A stretch of DNA of 24,000 nucleotides, from positions 52,081-76,080 of the forward strand of contig CAXTOP010000008.1 in assembly GCA_964245965.1 (NCBI GenBank), written 5' to 3'. The stretch is from an uncultured Chthoniobacterales bacterium. GTDB taxonomy: Bacteria; Verrucomicrobiota; Verrucomicrobiia; Chthoniobacterales; SZAS-18. The position numbers and the translations under genes are program-made. A model generated the notes under the pieces. That model searched no databases. It was not told the origin of the DNA and saw only the letters and a program-made list of their open reading frames with translations. Positions 7,747-16,796 of the stretch are shown here, piece after piece; the stretch's first letter is position 1, and every line of letters starts with the position of its first letter.

Positions 7747-8903
7747 CCATGACAACGACCACTCTCCTAGAACCACGTGCCGCCGCGGTGAAAAAGCTCT
7801 CTTTTCTCGACCGCTTTCTGACGCTTTGGATCTTCCTGGCGATGCTCGCCGGGGTGCTCATCGCCAACTTCGTTCCCGGTGCCACCCACGCGATTACCAG
7901 TCTGAGCATCGGCACGACTTCCATTCCCATCGCCATCGGACTGATCCTGATGATGTACCCGCCGCTGGCGAAGGTGCGCTACGAGGAAATGGGCGACGTG
8001 TTCCGGGACAAGAAAGTTCTGGCGCTCTCCTTCGTGCAAAACTGGCTGATTGGCCCCGTGCTGATGTTCGTGCTGGCGATCACGTTTCTGCGGGACCGTC
8101 CCGACTACATGACCGGCCTAATCTTGATTGGCTTGGCGCGCTGCATTGCGATGGTCATCATCTGGAACGATCTCGCCAAGGGCAGCGGCGAATACTGCGC
8201 GGGGTTGGTGGCGTTCAACTCGGTTTTCCAGGTCGTCTTCTACTCCTCCTTCGCCTACTTCTTTTTGAAGGTGCTGCCGCCCAAGCTCGGGGTTCACTTC
8301 GGCAACGTGGACCTTTCCAGGCTGACGATGGGCAGTGTGGCAGCCAGCGTGTTCCTCTACCTGGGCGTGCCTTTCCTGGCCGGGCTACTTTCGCGCTTTG
8401 TGCTCCTGCGGGCCAAGGGGAGGGAGTGGTACGAGGGGAAGTTCATCCCGCGCATCTCGCCGATCACGCTCGTTGCCCTGCTGTTTACCATCGTGGTCAT
8501 GTTCAGCCTCAAGGGGCAGGAGATCGTGCACATCCCTCTGAACGTGCTGCGGATCGCGCTACCGCTGCTCATCTACTTCGCGGTGATGTTTTTCCTAAGC
8601 TTCTTCATGAGCCGGTGGCTGGGCACCGATTACGAGCGGTCGGCGACCTTGGCGTTCACGGCGGGCAGCAACAATTTCGAGCTGGCGATTGCCGTGGCCG
8701 TGGCTGTGTTCGGTCTCAACTCGGGTGCGGCGTTCGCAGCGGTCATCGGGCCATTGGTGGAAGTGCCCACGTTGATCCTGCTGGTCAACGTTGCCCTGCG
8801 AATGCGCGAGAGTTTCTTTCCCAAAGATCCCGCTGTGGGGAAGGATCGAGCGGCGGCTGGAAGCCGCGTACCAACCCTGGCGAAGCTAGAGAACGAACCG
8901 TGA
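7743..8903 (+). CDS. acr3: ACR3-family arsenite efflux permease
   Basis: [38 protein letters not shown]...[33 protein letters not shown]...[35 protein letters not shown] are classical ACR3 motifs. The track ORF start (7383) is an artefactual 5' extension overlapping arsR. Confidence 0.9.
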   Translation: MTMTTTTLLEPRAAAVKKLSFLDRFLTLWIFLAMLAGVLIANFVPGATHAITSLSIGTTSIPIAIGLILMMYPPLAKVRYEEMGDVFRDKKVLALSFVQNWLIGPVLMFVLAITFLRDRPDYMTGLILIGLARCIAMVIIWNDLAKGSGEYCAGLVAFNSVFQVVFYSSFAYFFLKVLPPKLGVHFGNVDLSRLTMGSVAASVFLYLGVPFLAGLLSRFVLLRAKGREWYEGKFIPRISPITLVALLFTIVVMFSLKGQEIVHIPLNVLRIALPLLIYFAVMFFLSFFMSRWLGTDYERSATLAFTAGSNNFELAIAVAVAVFGLNSGAAFAAVIGPLVEVPTLILLVNVALRMRESFFPKDPAVGKDRAAAGSRVPTLAKLENEP

Positions 8904-9220
8904 TGAACGCAGCCGCTTTCCTCTGCCCGGAGTGCGGGGCTGGGCTGGTGGCGCGCACGATCCGGCGCAACGCTCCACCGCTGCTCTTTGGCAGCCAAGT
9001 GGAGGCAAACCCGTGGCTAGTTGTCCTGGAAATCCAGGATCGCGCGTGCGGCGTGGCCGCGCGCAACTCAAGGACATGCTCCTGCAATGCTGCGAGTTTG
9101 AGCTTTCCAGCGCCGGTCACGTGCTGGACTTCTGGCCCCGGCAGGTGTGCTGCGTCCACGCCGCGCCCTGTGCAGAAACTTCATCCCAAACCAACCAAGC
9201 TCCTAGAAGAGCATCCAGCC

Positions 9221-10053
9221 ATGCCTACCGATACTACCCATCCATCTGACAATATCCGAAGCGCGGTGCGTGAACGCTACGGCTCGCTCGCGCGCAAAGA
9301 CGACGAATCCACCCGGAGGAGGACTGCTGTGGCGGGAAGGCTCCCGCCGCTGCCGGGGCGTGCTGCGGCGGCACAGTGACCACAGAGGACTATTCAACGG
9401 CGCTCGGTTACTCGGCCAAAGAACAAGCTGCGGTGCCCGAAGGCTCGAACCTCGGCCTCGGGTGTGGCAATCCCATCGCTGCCGCCAAGGTGCAGCCGGG
9501 ACAAACCGTGCTCGATCTTGGCAGCGGGGCAGGCTTTGACTGCTTCCTGGCGGCGGCGGAAGTCGGCGCGACCGGCAGGGTCATCGGTGTGGACATGACC
9601 GCCGACATGCTCGTCAAAGCACGGCGCAACGCCGAAAAGGGCGGCTACGCGAACGTCGAATTCCGCCTGGGAGAGATTGAACACCTGCCACTCGCCGACG
9701 CCAGCGTGGACGTGATTATTTCCAACTGTGTCATCAACCTTTCCCCGGACAAGCCACAGGTGTTCCGCGAAGCGTTCCGGGTGCTCAAAAGGGGTGGTCG
9801 GCTCTGCATCTCCGACGTGGTGACGGGTGCGCCGCTCTCGGAGCAAGTCCGACGCAACCTGGACCTTCATTGCGGTTGCCTGGCTGGTGCGTCCGTCGTG
9901 AGCGAGTTGCAAGCCGCTCTAACGGAAGCAGGCTTCTCGGCGGTGAAGATCCAACCAAAGGACGAAAGCCGCGAGTTCATCAAAGAGTGGGCACCCGGCC
10001 TCCAATTAGAAGAGGTCGTGGTTTCCGCGCTGATTGAAGCAGCGAAAGCGTAA
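9221..10053 (+). CDS. arsM: Arsenite S-adenosylmethionine methyltransferase ArsM, frame broken by a 1-nt deficit at ~9311-9316
   Basis: Frame 2 from ATG 9221 reads [31 protein letters not shown], then nonsense to a stop at 9377..9379. Frame 1 from ~9313 reads [54 protein letters not shown]...[16 protein letters not shown]...VIGVDMT...[34 protein letters not shown]...LHCGCLAGA. This gives the N-terminal Cys pairs, the SAM motif and the conserved catalytic Cys. Adding one C to the run ACCC|GG (9311..9316) gives ...[11 protein letters not shown].... Confidence 0.85.
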
Positions 10054-10323
10054 AAGCAACGGCTTCGTCAGACTCGAACGATCCTCGCCGCTACGCGGCT
10101 TCGTCGCCTGCCCGCCGGGATTGACGGGTCGATCTTGGGAATGGGATGGTCCGGCCTGCTGTCCCCAGAGAAATGAATGGCGACGGATAGGACAAAGCCA
10201 TCCAAGCCGCCGCCCAGAGGTTTGCGGAAGATGGAGCGCATCGGCGAGAGCCGATGGGGTCCTTTCCCCTGCCTTAACGGTACGGCAGTTGCTATTTGTT
10301 GACGCTAAACTCCGCCGTCTTCG

Positions 10324-13014
10324 ATGCAAGCCGCCCTCCCTCCCGACGAATCTGCCGGACTTGCCGCGCTCCGGGACTTCCACCTCGTCGACGCCCCGTC
10401 CGAAGCAGCTTTCAGCCGGATCGTCCACCTGGCTTGCCGGGTCTTGCGCGTGCCCATGGCGGCGGTGTCCTTGGTGGCGCATGACCGCCAATGGTTCAAG
10501 GCTTCGATTGGCCTGGCGTCTTGCGAAGCTTCCCGGGACATCCCGTTCTGCGCGCACACCATCCTGGAAGACGAGGTGTTCGTGGTGGCGGACGCCGCGG
10601 CGGACCCCCGCCTCGTGGACAATCCTTTCGTGACGGCAGGTGTTCGCCTGCGGTTCTACGCGGGTGCCGCCCTCCGGACTCCCGGTGGCCAGGCGCTGGG
10701 GGCGCTCTGCGTGGCCGACTGCCGACCGAGGCGGTTCGGCAAGCGCCAGCGTGAGACCTTGAAGGACCTCGCGGCCATGGCGGCTGCCGAGATGACGTTG
10801 CGCGCGCAGAACGATACGCTCAAGGATCTGCACGCCTCCGCCGCCAAACGGGTGGCCGAAGCCACCGAGGACCTCACCCGGACCAACCAGGAGCTTTCCG
10901 CCGTCGCCCGGCAGCGCGAACTGGCCAACGAGGAGTCGCTTCGCAAAGAGCGGCGTTTCCAGCAGATCTTCGACCAGATGAGCGACGCCGCTTTTTTGCT
11001 TGATGTCGAGGGCCGCCTCATCGACGTGAACACCCCGGCCTGCGCGTCGCTCGGCTACACCCGCGAGGAACTGCTCGCCACCAACGCCGGCGCTTTCGTC
11101 GTCGGTGCGCTGCCGGAGGACTTGCACCGGCTGTGGCGGGAAATTCCTCCCGGCGAGGCCTGGACTGTGGAGGCACGGCATCGGCGCAAGGATGGCGGCA
11201 GCTTTCCCGTCGAGGTGCGTGTCTGCGCGCTGGAGACACCCGAGGGCCGTCGCATCCTCGGCCTGGCGCGAGACACGACCGAGCGGACCCGGCACAACGA
11301 GCTGTTGTCGATCCGCGCCCGGCAGCAGCAGGTCATCTCACAACTGGGCCTGAAGGCTCTGCGTGACACCGCTCCCCAGGGAGAGGACGGTCTCGACGCC
11401 CTGCTGGCGGAGGCGATCAACCTCGTGGGCCAGACCCTGGAAACCGACGTGGGCAACGTGGTGGAATGCATGGACGAGCCGGGGCATTATCGCTGGCGCG
11501 CGACCTACGGCTGGCAGCCAAGCGCGCTCGGAGCCGTCGTCGATCTGGGTGACGACGTTGCTTCCATGTCGAATTACACGCTGGCCAATGCTCCCGTGGT
11601 CACCAACGATCTGCGCGAGGAGAGTCGCTTCACAGCGCCCGCTTCGATGTTGCAGTCGGGCTTGAGGAGCAGAGTGGCCACCGTCATCTACACCGAAGGC
11701 AAGCTGCCCTTCGGGATCATGAGTACTTACAGCCGCAGCCCCCGGCAATTCACGGCGGACGACGTTACTTTCCTGCAGGCGGTGGCCAACGTGCTGGCCG
11801 CCGCCATCACCCGGCACCGGATAGAAGGGCAGGTGCAGCGGGCGCTCGCGCAAGCCTCCGAGCAGAGACAAACCGCCGAGAAGGCCAACGCCGCCAAGAG
11901 CCTCTTTCTCTCGCGCATCAGCCACGAACTGCGCACTCCGCTCAACGCCATCCTGGGTTTCGGGCAGCTCCTTAAAATGAGCCGCCTGGACGAGCAGGAG
12001 GCCGCGAGCGTCGGGTACATTCTCGAGGGCGGCCGCCATCTGCTCTCACTCGTGGACGAGGTGCTTGACCTTTCGCGGGTGGAAGCCGGCGAGCTGCGTT
12101 TGGCGCCTTCGCAGGTGAACGTCGGTGAACTGGCCCGGCGATGCCTCGACCTCGTGGCCCGGCTGGCACAGGCCCGCCAAATCACCTGCCGCGTGGAGTC
12201 CGGCTGTTTCTCAGCCATTCTCTGGTGCGACGAGCCGAGGCTGCGGCAGGTGCTGCTCAACCTGGTTTCCAACGCGATCAAATACAACCGCGAGGGCGGC
12301 GAGGTCGTCGTGGCTTGCGAGTCGATGCCCGGCAGCCGCTTGCGGGTGAAGGTCAGTGACACGGGGTTGGGCCTCTCGGCCGAGGAGATTGGCCGCCTTT
12401 TCGTGCCCTTCGAACGTCTCACGCAGGCGTACGGCGCGGTGGAAGGCACGGGGCTCGGTCTCGTGGTTTCGCGTCGTGTGGCGGAGGCCATGGGGGGCAG
12501 CCTGCGGTTGGAAAGCGAGGTCGGACGCGGCAGCACGTTCTGGATTGAACTGCCCAACCTAGGTGTCCCAGAGGCAATGACGGCGCTCCCGGTCCCGGTC
12601 AGTGAGCCGCCCGTCCCACCCATCGCGGGGGACGGCGTTCGCCTGCTCTATATCGAGGACAACGCGTCGAACGTCCAGGTGGTGCATTTGCTGCTGGCCA
12701 AACGCCGGCCCCGGTGGGAACTCCTGTCCGCCGCGAACGGAAACAAAGGCTTGGAACGTGCCCGGCAGGACGCGCCTGATCTTATTCTCCTGGATTTGCA
12801 GCTTCCCGGTCTGCCGGGCGATCGCGTGTTGGCAGAACTGCGCCACGACCCGGCGACCAGACAGGTGCCGGTCATCGTGTTGAGCGCCGATGCCACCCCG
12901 CACAGCCGGGCGCGGCTGCTCGCCGAAGGAGCGAGCGACTACCTGACAAAGCCTTTCCAGGTCGAGCGGTTGTTAAGCCGGCTCGACCACTTCCTTTCTG
13001 CTGCCGCCCGGTGA
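10324..13014 (+). CDS. Hybrid sensor histidine kinase (GAF - coiled coil - PAS - GAF - HisKA - HATPase_c - REC)
   Basis: 896 aa. N-terminal GAF (DESAGLAALRDFHLVDAPSEAAFSRIVHLA...DRQWFKASIGL...FCAHTI...LRFYAGAAL...GALCVADCRPR). PAS (ERRFQQIFDQMSDAAFLLDVEGRLIDVN). H-box (FLSRISHELRTPLNAILGF). N/G boxes (NLVSNAIKYNREGG, DTGLGL, GTGLGLVVSRRVAEAMGG). Receiver (RLLYIEDNASN...LILLDLQLPGLPG...VIVLSADA...YLTKPF). Confidence 0.88.
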   Translation: MQAALPPDESAGLAALRDFHLVDAPSEAAFSRIVHLACRVLRVPMAAVSLVAHDRQWFKASIGLASCEASRDIPFCAHTILEDEVFVVADAAADPRLVDNPFVTAGVRLRFYAGAALRTPGGQALGALCVADCRPRRFGKRQRETLKDLAAMAAAEMTLRAQNDTLKDLHASAAKRVAEATEDLTRTNQELSAVARQRELANEESLRKERRFQQIFDQMSDAAFLLDVEGRLIDVNTPACASLGYTREELLATNAGAFVVGALPEDLHRLWREIPPGEAWTVEARHRRKDGGSFPVEVRVCALETPEGRRILGLARDTTERTRHNELLSIRARQQQVISQLGLKALRDTAPQGEDGLDALLAEAINLVGQTLETDVGNVVECMDEPGHYRWRATYGWQPSALGAVVDLGDDVASMSNYTLANAPVVTNDLREESRFTAPASMLQSGLRSRVATVIYTEGKLPFGIMSTYSRSPRQFTADDVTFLQAVANVLAAAITRHRIEGQVQRALAQASEQRQTAEKANAAKSLFLSRISHELRTPLNAILGFGQLLKMSRLDEQEAASVGYILEGGRHLLSLVDEVLDLSRVEAGELRLAPSQVNVGELARRCLDLVARLAQARQITCRVESGCFSAILWCDEPRLRQVLLNLVSNAIKYNREGGEVVVACESMPGSRLRVKVSDTGLGLSAEEIGRLFVPFERLTQAYGAVEGTGLGLVVSRRVAEAMGGSLRLESEVGRGSTFWIELPNLGVPEAMTALPVPVSEPPVPPIAGDGVRLLYIEDNASNVQVVHLLLAKRRPRWELLSAANGNKGLERARQDAPDLILLDLQLPGLPGDRVLAELRHDPATRQVPVIVLSADATPHSRARLLAEGASDYLTKPFQVERLLSRLDHFLSAAAR

Positions 13015-13286
13015 GACCTCCGATAAGGATCGGTTGGACGCCGCGCCGGGTCGTCCTCGCCGACGCTGGCAGCCGCTCCCACGCTTGATTCTCGCCAACG
13101 TTCGGAAGGTTTTACAAACCATCCACGGACCCCCGTGCGAAGTGTACTGCAAAGAACATTTCGCCTCGCCTGTCTGCGGCCCGGGAACCCGTCCCTTGAT
13201 GCTCATGAAAGTCGATGAGCCGGGACGCCTCGGCGCGCCACGCGAGCCGGCTGGTCCGGCAACCACCCGGGAAAAAGCACCGACCC

Positions 13287-14240
13287 ATGAACAAGATCGC
13301 CCTGGAAGAACACTTCAGCGTGCCGGCGCTGCCCGAATACTCGTCGCCCGCGGAGTACATCGCGGACCAACAGCAGGCGGAAGACACCAAACGGCACTTG
13401 GAGAATTTCGATGATCTCCGGCTGCAGGCCATGGACGAAGGCGGCATCACCAGGACCATCCTCAGCCACACCGTGCCGGGCATCGAGTCGGCCAGGGACG
13501 CGCGCCAGGCGATCAAGGACGCACGCACGATCAACGACTTCTTGGCGCGTCAGATCGAACGCCACCCGGACCGCTTCGGCGGTTTTGCGACCCTGCCCAT
13601 CCAGTCGCCGCAGGACGCCGCCGACGAGTTGGAGCGCGCGGTGCGGCAGCTCGGCTTTCACGGTGCCCTGCTCAACGGCCACAGCCACGGCCACTACCTG
13701 GACGAGGACCGCTACCAGGTGTTCTGGGAGCGTGTCGCGGATCTTGACCGGCCGATCTACCTCCACCCGACCAACGCGTTCCAGCTCGCGCAGAACTACC
13801 AGGACCACCCCGAGTTGCAGGGCGCGCTGTGGGGTTGGGCGCCGGAAACCGCCACGCACGTGCTCCGCCTCATCTTTGGCGGGGTGTTCGACCATTTTCC
13901 GACCGTGCAGGTCATCATCGGGCACGGCGGCGAAACCCTGCCTTACCTGCGCTGGCGCTTTGACAGCCGCTACCAGTGGGCCTTCTCCAAGCTGGGACTC
14001 AAGAAGCTGCCTTCCGCCTACTTGCGCGAAAACATCCTGATCACCACGTCCGGACTTTTCGCGACCGCGCCGCTGCGCTGCGCCCTGGAAGAGATGGGCG
14101 AGGATCGGGTGCTGTTTTCGGTGGACTACCCCTACGAGTCCAGCAAGGACGCGGGTGATTGGATGGACGGCGTGCAACTCCCCGCCGACACGCTGGCAAA
14201 GATCGCCACCAACAACGCGTCGCGCGCCCTGCGCCTTTGA
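13287..14240 (+). CDS. Amidohydrolase-2 family protein (ACMSD / gamma-resorcylate decarboxylase-like)
   Basis: MNKIALEEHFSVP...RLQAMDEGGITRTILSH...HPDRFGGFATLPIQSPQDAADELERAV.LGFHGALLNG...PIYLHP...ETATHVLRLIFGGVFDHFP.VQVIIGHGGE.LPY...FSVDYPYE is collinear with 2,6-dihydroxybenzoate decarboxylase-type enzymes as recalled. ATG 13287 is preferred over track start 13215. Confidence 0.8.
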   Translation: MNKIALEEHFSVPALPEYSSPAEYIADQQQAEDTKRHLENFDDLRLQAMDEGGITRTILSHTVPGIESARDARQAIKDARTINDFLARQIERHPDRFGGFATLPIQSPQDAADELERAVRQLGFHGALLNGHSHGHYLDEDRYQVFWERVADLDRPIYLHPTNAFQLAQNYQDHPELQGALWGWAPETATHVLRLIFGGVFDHFPTVQVIIGHGGETLPYLRWRFDSRYQWAFSKLGLKKLPSAYLRENILITTSGLFATAPLRCALEEMGEDRVLFSVDYPYESSKDAGDWMDGVQLPADTLAKIATNNASRALRL

Positions 14241-14325
14241 CCACCGGCTCACGCCCGATCCGCCCTCAATTCTTCCGCGTCCGCCGGCACGGCCGGGACG
14301 TTGAACAAAACACCCGGCAAACCCC

Positions 14326-15339
14326 ATGAAACTCATCGCCCTGGAAGAGCACTTCCTCACCGCAGACATCCTCAAGGCGTGGTCAACCCTTGGCGCCACC
14401 GAGCACGATCCCAACACCGACGGCATCCAGGCCCCTCCGATCAAAGCCAAGCTGGAGGACTTCACCGGCGAGCGGCTGCGGCAGATGGACGAGAGCGGCG
14501 TGGATGTGCACGTGCTTTCCGTGCCCCCGCCCGCCGCGCAGAACCTGAAGGATGCCGGGGCGGCGGTGGCGCTGGCCCGGCAGACCAACGACCTGCTCGC
14601 GGCGGCCATCCAGCAAAACCCGGCTCGTTTCGAGGGCTTCGCCATGCTGCCGACCCCGGACCCCGGAGCGGCGGCGCAGGAATTGGAGCGCGCGGTCACC
14701 GCTCTGCGCTTCCAGGGGGCGCTGCTCGGCAGCCGCACGCAGGGGCGCAACCTGGATCACCCGGAGTTCCTGCCGATTTTCGAGGCGGCGGCCCGGCTGC
14801 GCGTGCCGCTCTACCTGCACCCGCAGACCCCCGCGCCGGCGGTCCGGGAGGCGTACTACTCGGGCTACGAGGAAGCGTTCAACCATCTCTTTTCGACCTA
14901 CGGCTGGGGCTGGCACATCGAAGCCGGCATCCAGGCGGTGCGTCTGATCCTCTCGGGCGTCTTTGATCGCTGCCCGGATTTGCAGATCATTCTGGGGCAC
15001 TGGGGCGAGATGGTCCCTTTCTACCTGGAACGCATCGACGCGATGTCGGCGCAGGCCAAGCACCTGCAGCGGCCCATCCGCGACTACGTGCGCCAGAACT
15101 TCCACGCCACGCCCAGCGGCATGTTCAGCCCGGCGTACCTCGCCTGGACCAAACAGGTGATGGGGATCGAGCGGATCCTGTTCTCCACCGACTACCCCTT
15201 CATCATCGCGCCGGGCAGAGGCGCGCGCGACTTCGTCGAGCAGGCGGCGCTCTCGCCCGAGGAGAAGGAAATGGTGGCGCACGGCAACTGGGAGCGGCTC
15301 ACCGGGAAGAACCGGCAGGAACACGGCGCGGCAAAGTGA
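14326..15339 (+). CDS. Amidohydrolase-2 family protein, tandem paralog
   Basis: MKLIALEEHFLT...RLRQMDESGVDVHVLS...NPARFEGFAMLPTPDPGAAAQELERAV.LRFQGALL...PLYLHP...IILGHWGEMVPFYL...LFSTDYPF. Same fold and motifs as the upstream gene. Confidence 0.8.
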   Translation: MKLIALEEHFLTADILKAWSTLGATEHDPNTDGIQAPPIKAKLEDFTGERLRQMDESGVDVHVLSVPPPAAQNLKDAGAAVALARQTNDLLAAAIQQNPARFEGFAMLPTPDPGAAAQELERAVTALRFQGALLGSRTQGRNLDHPEFLPIFEAAARLRVPLYLHPQTPAPAVREAYYSGYEEAFNHLFSTYGWGWHIEAGIQAVRLILSGVFDRCPDLQIILGHWGEMVPFYLERIDAMSAQAKHLQRPIRDYVRQNFHATPSGMFSPAYLAWTKQVMGIERILFSTDYPFIIAPGRGARDFVEQAALSPEEKEMVAHGNWERLTGKNRQEHGAAK

Positions 15340-15820
15340 CCGGAGATCGTCGGGCGAGTCTCCGCGATAGGATGCACCGCTTTCTTCTTGCGCTTCCTGA
15401 TGCGCCACTCACTTGGGTTGACTGACGTAGCCACGGCGCTTGGAGAAGCCCCAGGCATCCCGCGCTGATCGCAGGCAGGCCCTCGCCGATGGCGCGAAAG
15501 TGGGACTGGCCACGGTCAACCCCCCTCAAGGCGCACGGTGCCTTGTGCATGGTGCAGGACTTTAACCTGGTACAGCGCCGATCATAACGCGTCCCCTACG
15601 TCGTCGCTAGAGTTTGACAATTTGTTGGCTGGTCGGACCGGTGGCACCGATGAGCATTGTTTCCATGAAGTGGGCGGGAAAAGTGGAATGCGCCCTTGGC
15701 TGGCACCGGCTTAGTCTTCCGGAACCGCGGGGTAAACGCGGAAAGGATGCGCAGCCGTCCAAAGGTTATCTTGCAGCCGTTTTCGCCATGATTGAGCAGG
15801 GCGGTGCTTGCAGGAGAGCT

Positions 15821-15902
15821 TGGACGGGCACGCGCCGTCGTGCCCCTGACTTTTTCTGCCTCTGCCCGGACGAAGTGGGTCACGACGGCGCGTGCCCGTC
15901 CA
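15821..15902. repeat. Perfect 22-bp inverted repeat (38-nt loop) just 3' of the hydrolase gene; REP-like or terminator
   Basis: Left arm 15821..15842 is TGGACGGGCACGCGCCGTCGTG. Right arm 15881..15902 is CACGACGGCGCGTGCCCGTCCA, an exact reverse complement. It ends 9 nt from the hydrolase stop codon (15912..15914). Confidence 0.65.
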
Positions 15903-15911
15903 GGGGCTCAA

Positions 15912-16796
15912 TCATGGTGAAGATGGCTGTAGGTGGCCAGCCAGAAAAAGGCTGGCAGTCTCCAGCATCTGCCCGGAGGCTTCGAGCTTACCCACGTTGG
16001 AAGCAAAGACGTGGGGCATGCCTTCCCAGACGTATAGTTCCGCCGCCGTGCCCGCTGCTTGGGCTCTTGCGACGTAGCGCTTCGAGTCATCGAGCAGCCC
16101 TTCGGCGTCGCCGACGTGCACCTGCACGGGCGGCAGGCCCGCCAGCTCGCCGTACACCGGGGAGGCCAGCGGGTCACGGGCGTCACGGCCCGCAAGATAG
16201 CGTTGCGTGGCGTCGGCCAGCACGTCCCGGGTGAGAAAGAATTCGGCTTCCGCGCGCGTGCGCCAGCTTTCCGACTCCAAGGCAAGATCGGTCCAAGGCG
16301 ATAGCACCACCGCCGCACGGGGAGCAGGGAACGCGGACTCTCCGACCGCCGTCTGCAGGGCCCAGGCGAGTGTCACCAGCGCCAGCCCGCCGAGTCGCCG
16401 AGTCGCCGCAGAGGCCGAGGCGCTGCCGGCCGCGTTCCGCCAACCCCCGGTACACCGCCCGCGCATCTTCCACCGCCGCCGGAAAAGGGTGCTCGGGGGC
16501 CAGGCGGTAATCCGGCACGAAGAAGTCCACTCCCGTCCGGACCGCGAACTGGCTCACGAAGGGGCAAAAGGCATCGGCTGAACCGACCACGTAAGCGCCT
16601 CCGTGCAGAAACAACACGGCACTGGCTGGGGCCGTGTTGCCGGACGGCTGGCAACACCAGCCCGGGATGCCGCCACGGTATCTTCCCGGCAGGTGACACC
16701 CTCCGCGGCCGGAGTGTGCCGCATCATCTCGCCGAAGGAGGCACGAGCCTCCGGACCAAGGGTGGTCCCCTTGAAAGGGGCTACCGCCGCTTTCAT
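15912..16796 (-). pseudogene. Alpha/beta hydrolase (HSL/esterase-lipase fold-3 type), two frame disruptions
   Basis: Three minus-strand ORF pieces are collinear with one esterase. (1) ...MKAAVAPFKGTTLGPEARASFGEMMRHTPAAEGVTCREDTV. (2) GGIPGWCCQPSGNTAPASAVLFLHGGAYVVGSADAF...VPDYRLAPEHPFPAAVEDA...LCGDSA. (3) GGLALVTLAWAL...VVLSPWTDL...PPVQVHVGDAEGLLDDS...WEGMPHVF. The HGG oxyanion motif, GDSAG nucleophile elbow and D/H of the triad are all present but lie in frames 2/0/2. The N-terminus may extend to ~16830 (SLTPADREAATA upstream of the first ATG). Confidence 0.75.

Noticed and set aside
8905-9020. Small ORF starting [15 protein letters not shown]... (possible zinc-ribbon peptide) after acr3
   Set aside because: It has only one CxxC, and the frame simply continues as part of a long GC-artefact ORF. 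There is no ribosome-binding site or family resemblance. It is kept only as part of the ars-gap finding.
7383-9379. Track ORFs 7383..8903 (5' extension) and 7826..9379 (517 aa, alternate frame through acr3)
   Set aside because: The first 120 codons of 7383.. overlap arsR in another frame, and the ACR3 homology starts at ATG 7743. The 7826.. ORF is an out-of-frame read-through whose only meaningful part is the arsM N-terminus at 9221.
10066-10090. tRNA-like T-loop (minus strand GTTCGAGTC) just after arsM, possibly a tRNA or att fragment
   Set aside because: The flanking 5-nt segments do not pair (gatcg / ctgac). No acceptor or anticodon arms could be built.
10006-12623. Long minus-strand ORFs (10006..11295, 11338..12039, 11727..12623) antisense to the hybrid histidine kinase
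   Set aside because: The plus strand encodes a continuous GAF-PAS-GAF-HisKA-HATPase-REC protein with all motifs. The antisense ORFs are Arg/Ala/Gly-rich with no motifs.
13203-15408. 515-aa and 341-aa minus-strand ORFs antisense to the two amidohydrolase genes
   Set aside because: Shadow ORFs. The plus-strand products align motif-by-motif with amidohydrolase-2 enzymes.
15596-16234. Track ORFs 15596..15883 (-) and 15614..16234 (+)
   Set aside because: They span the hairpin repeat and run antisense into the hydrolase gene. Their composition is artefact-like and they carry no motifs.
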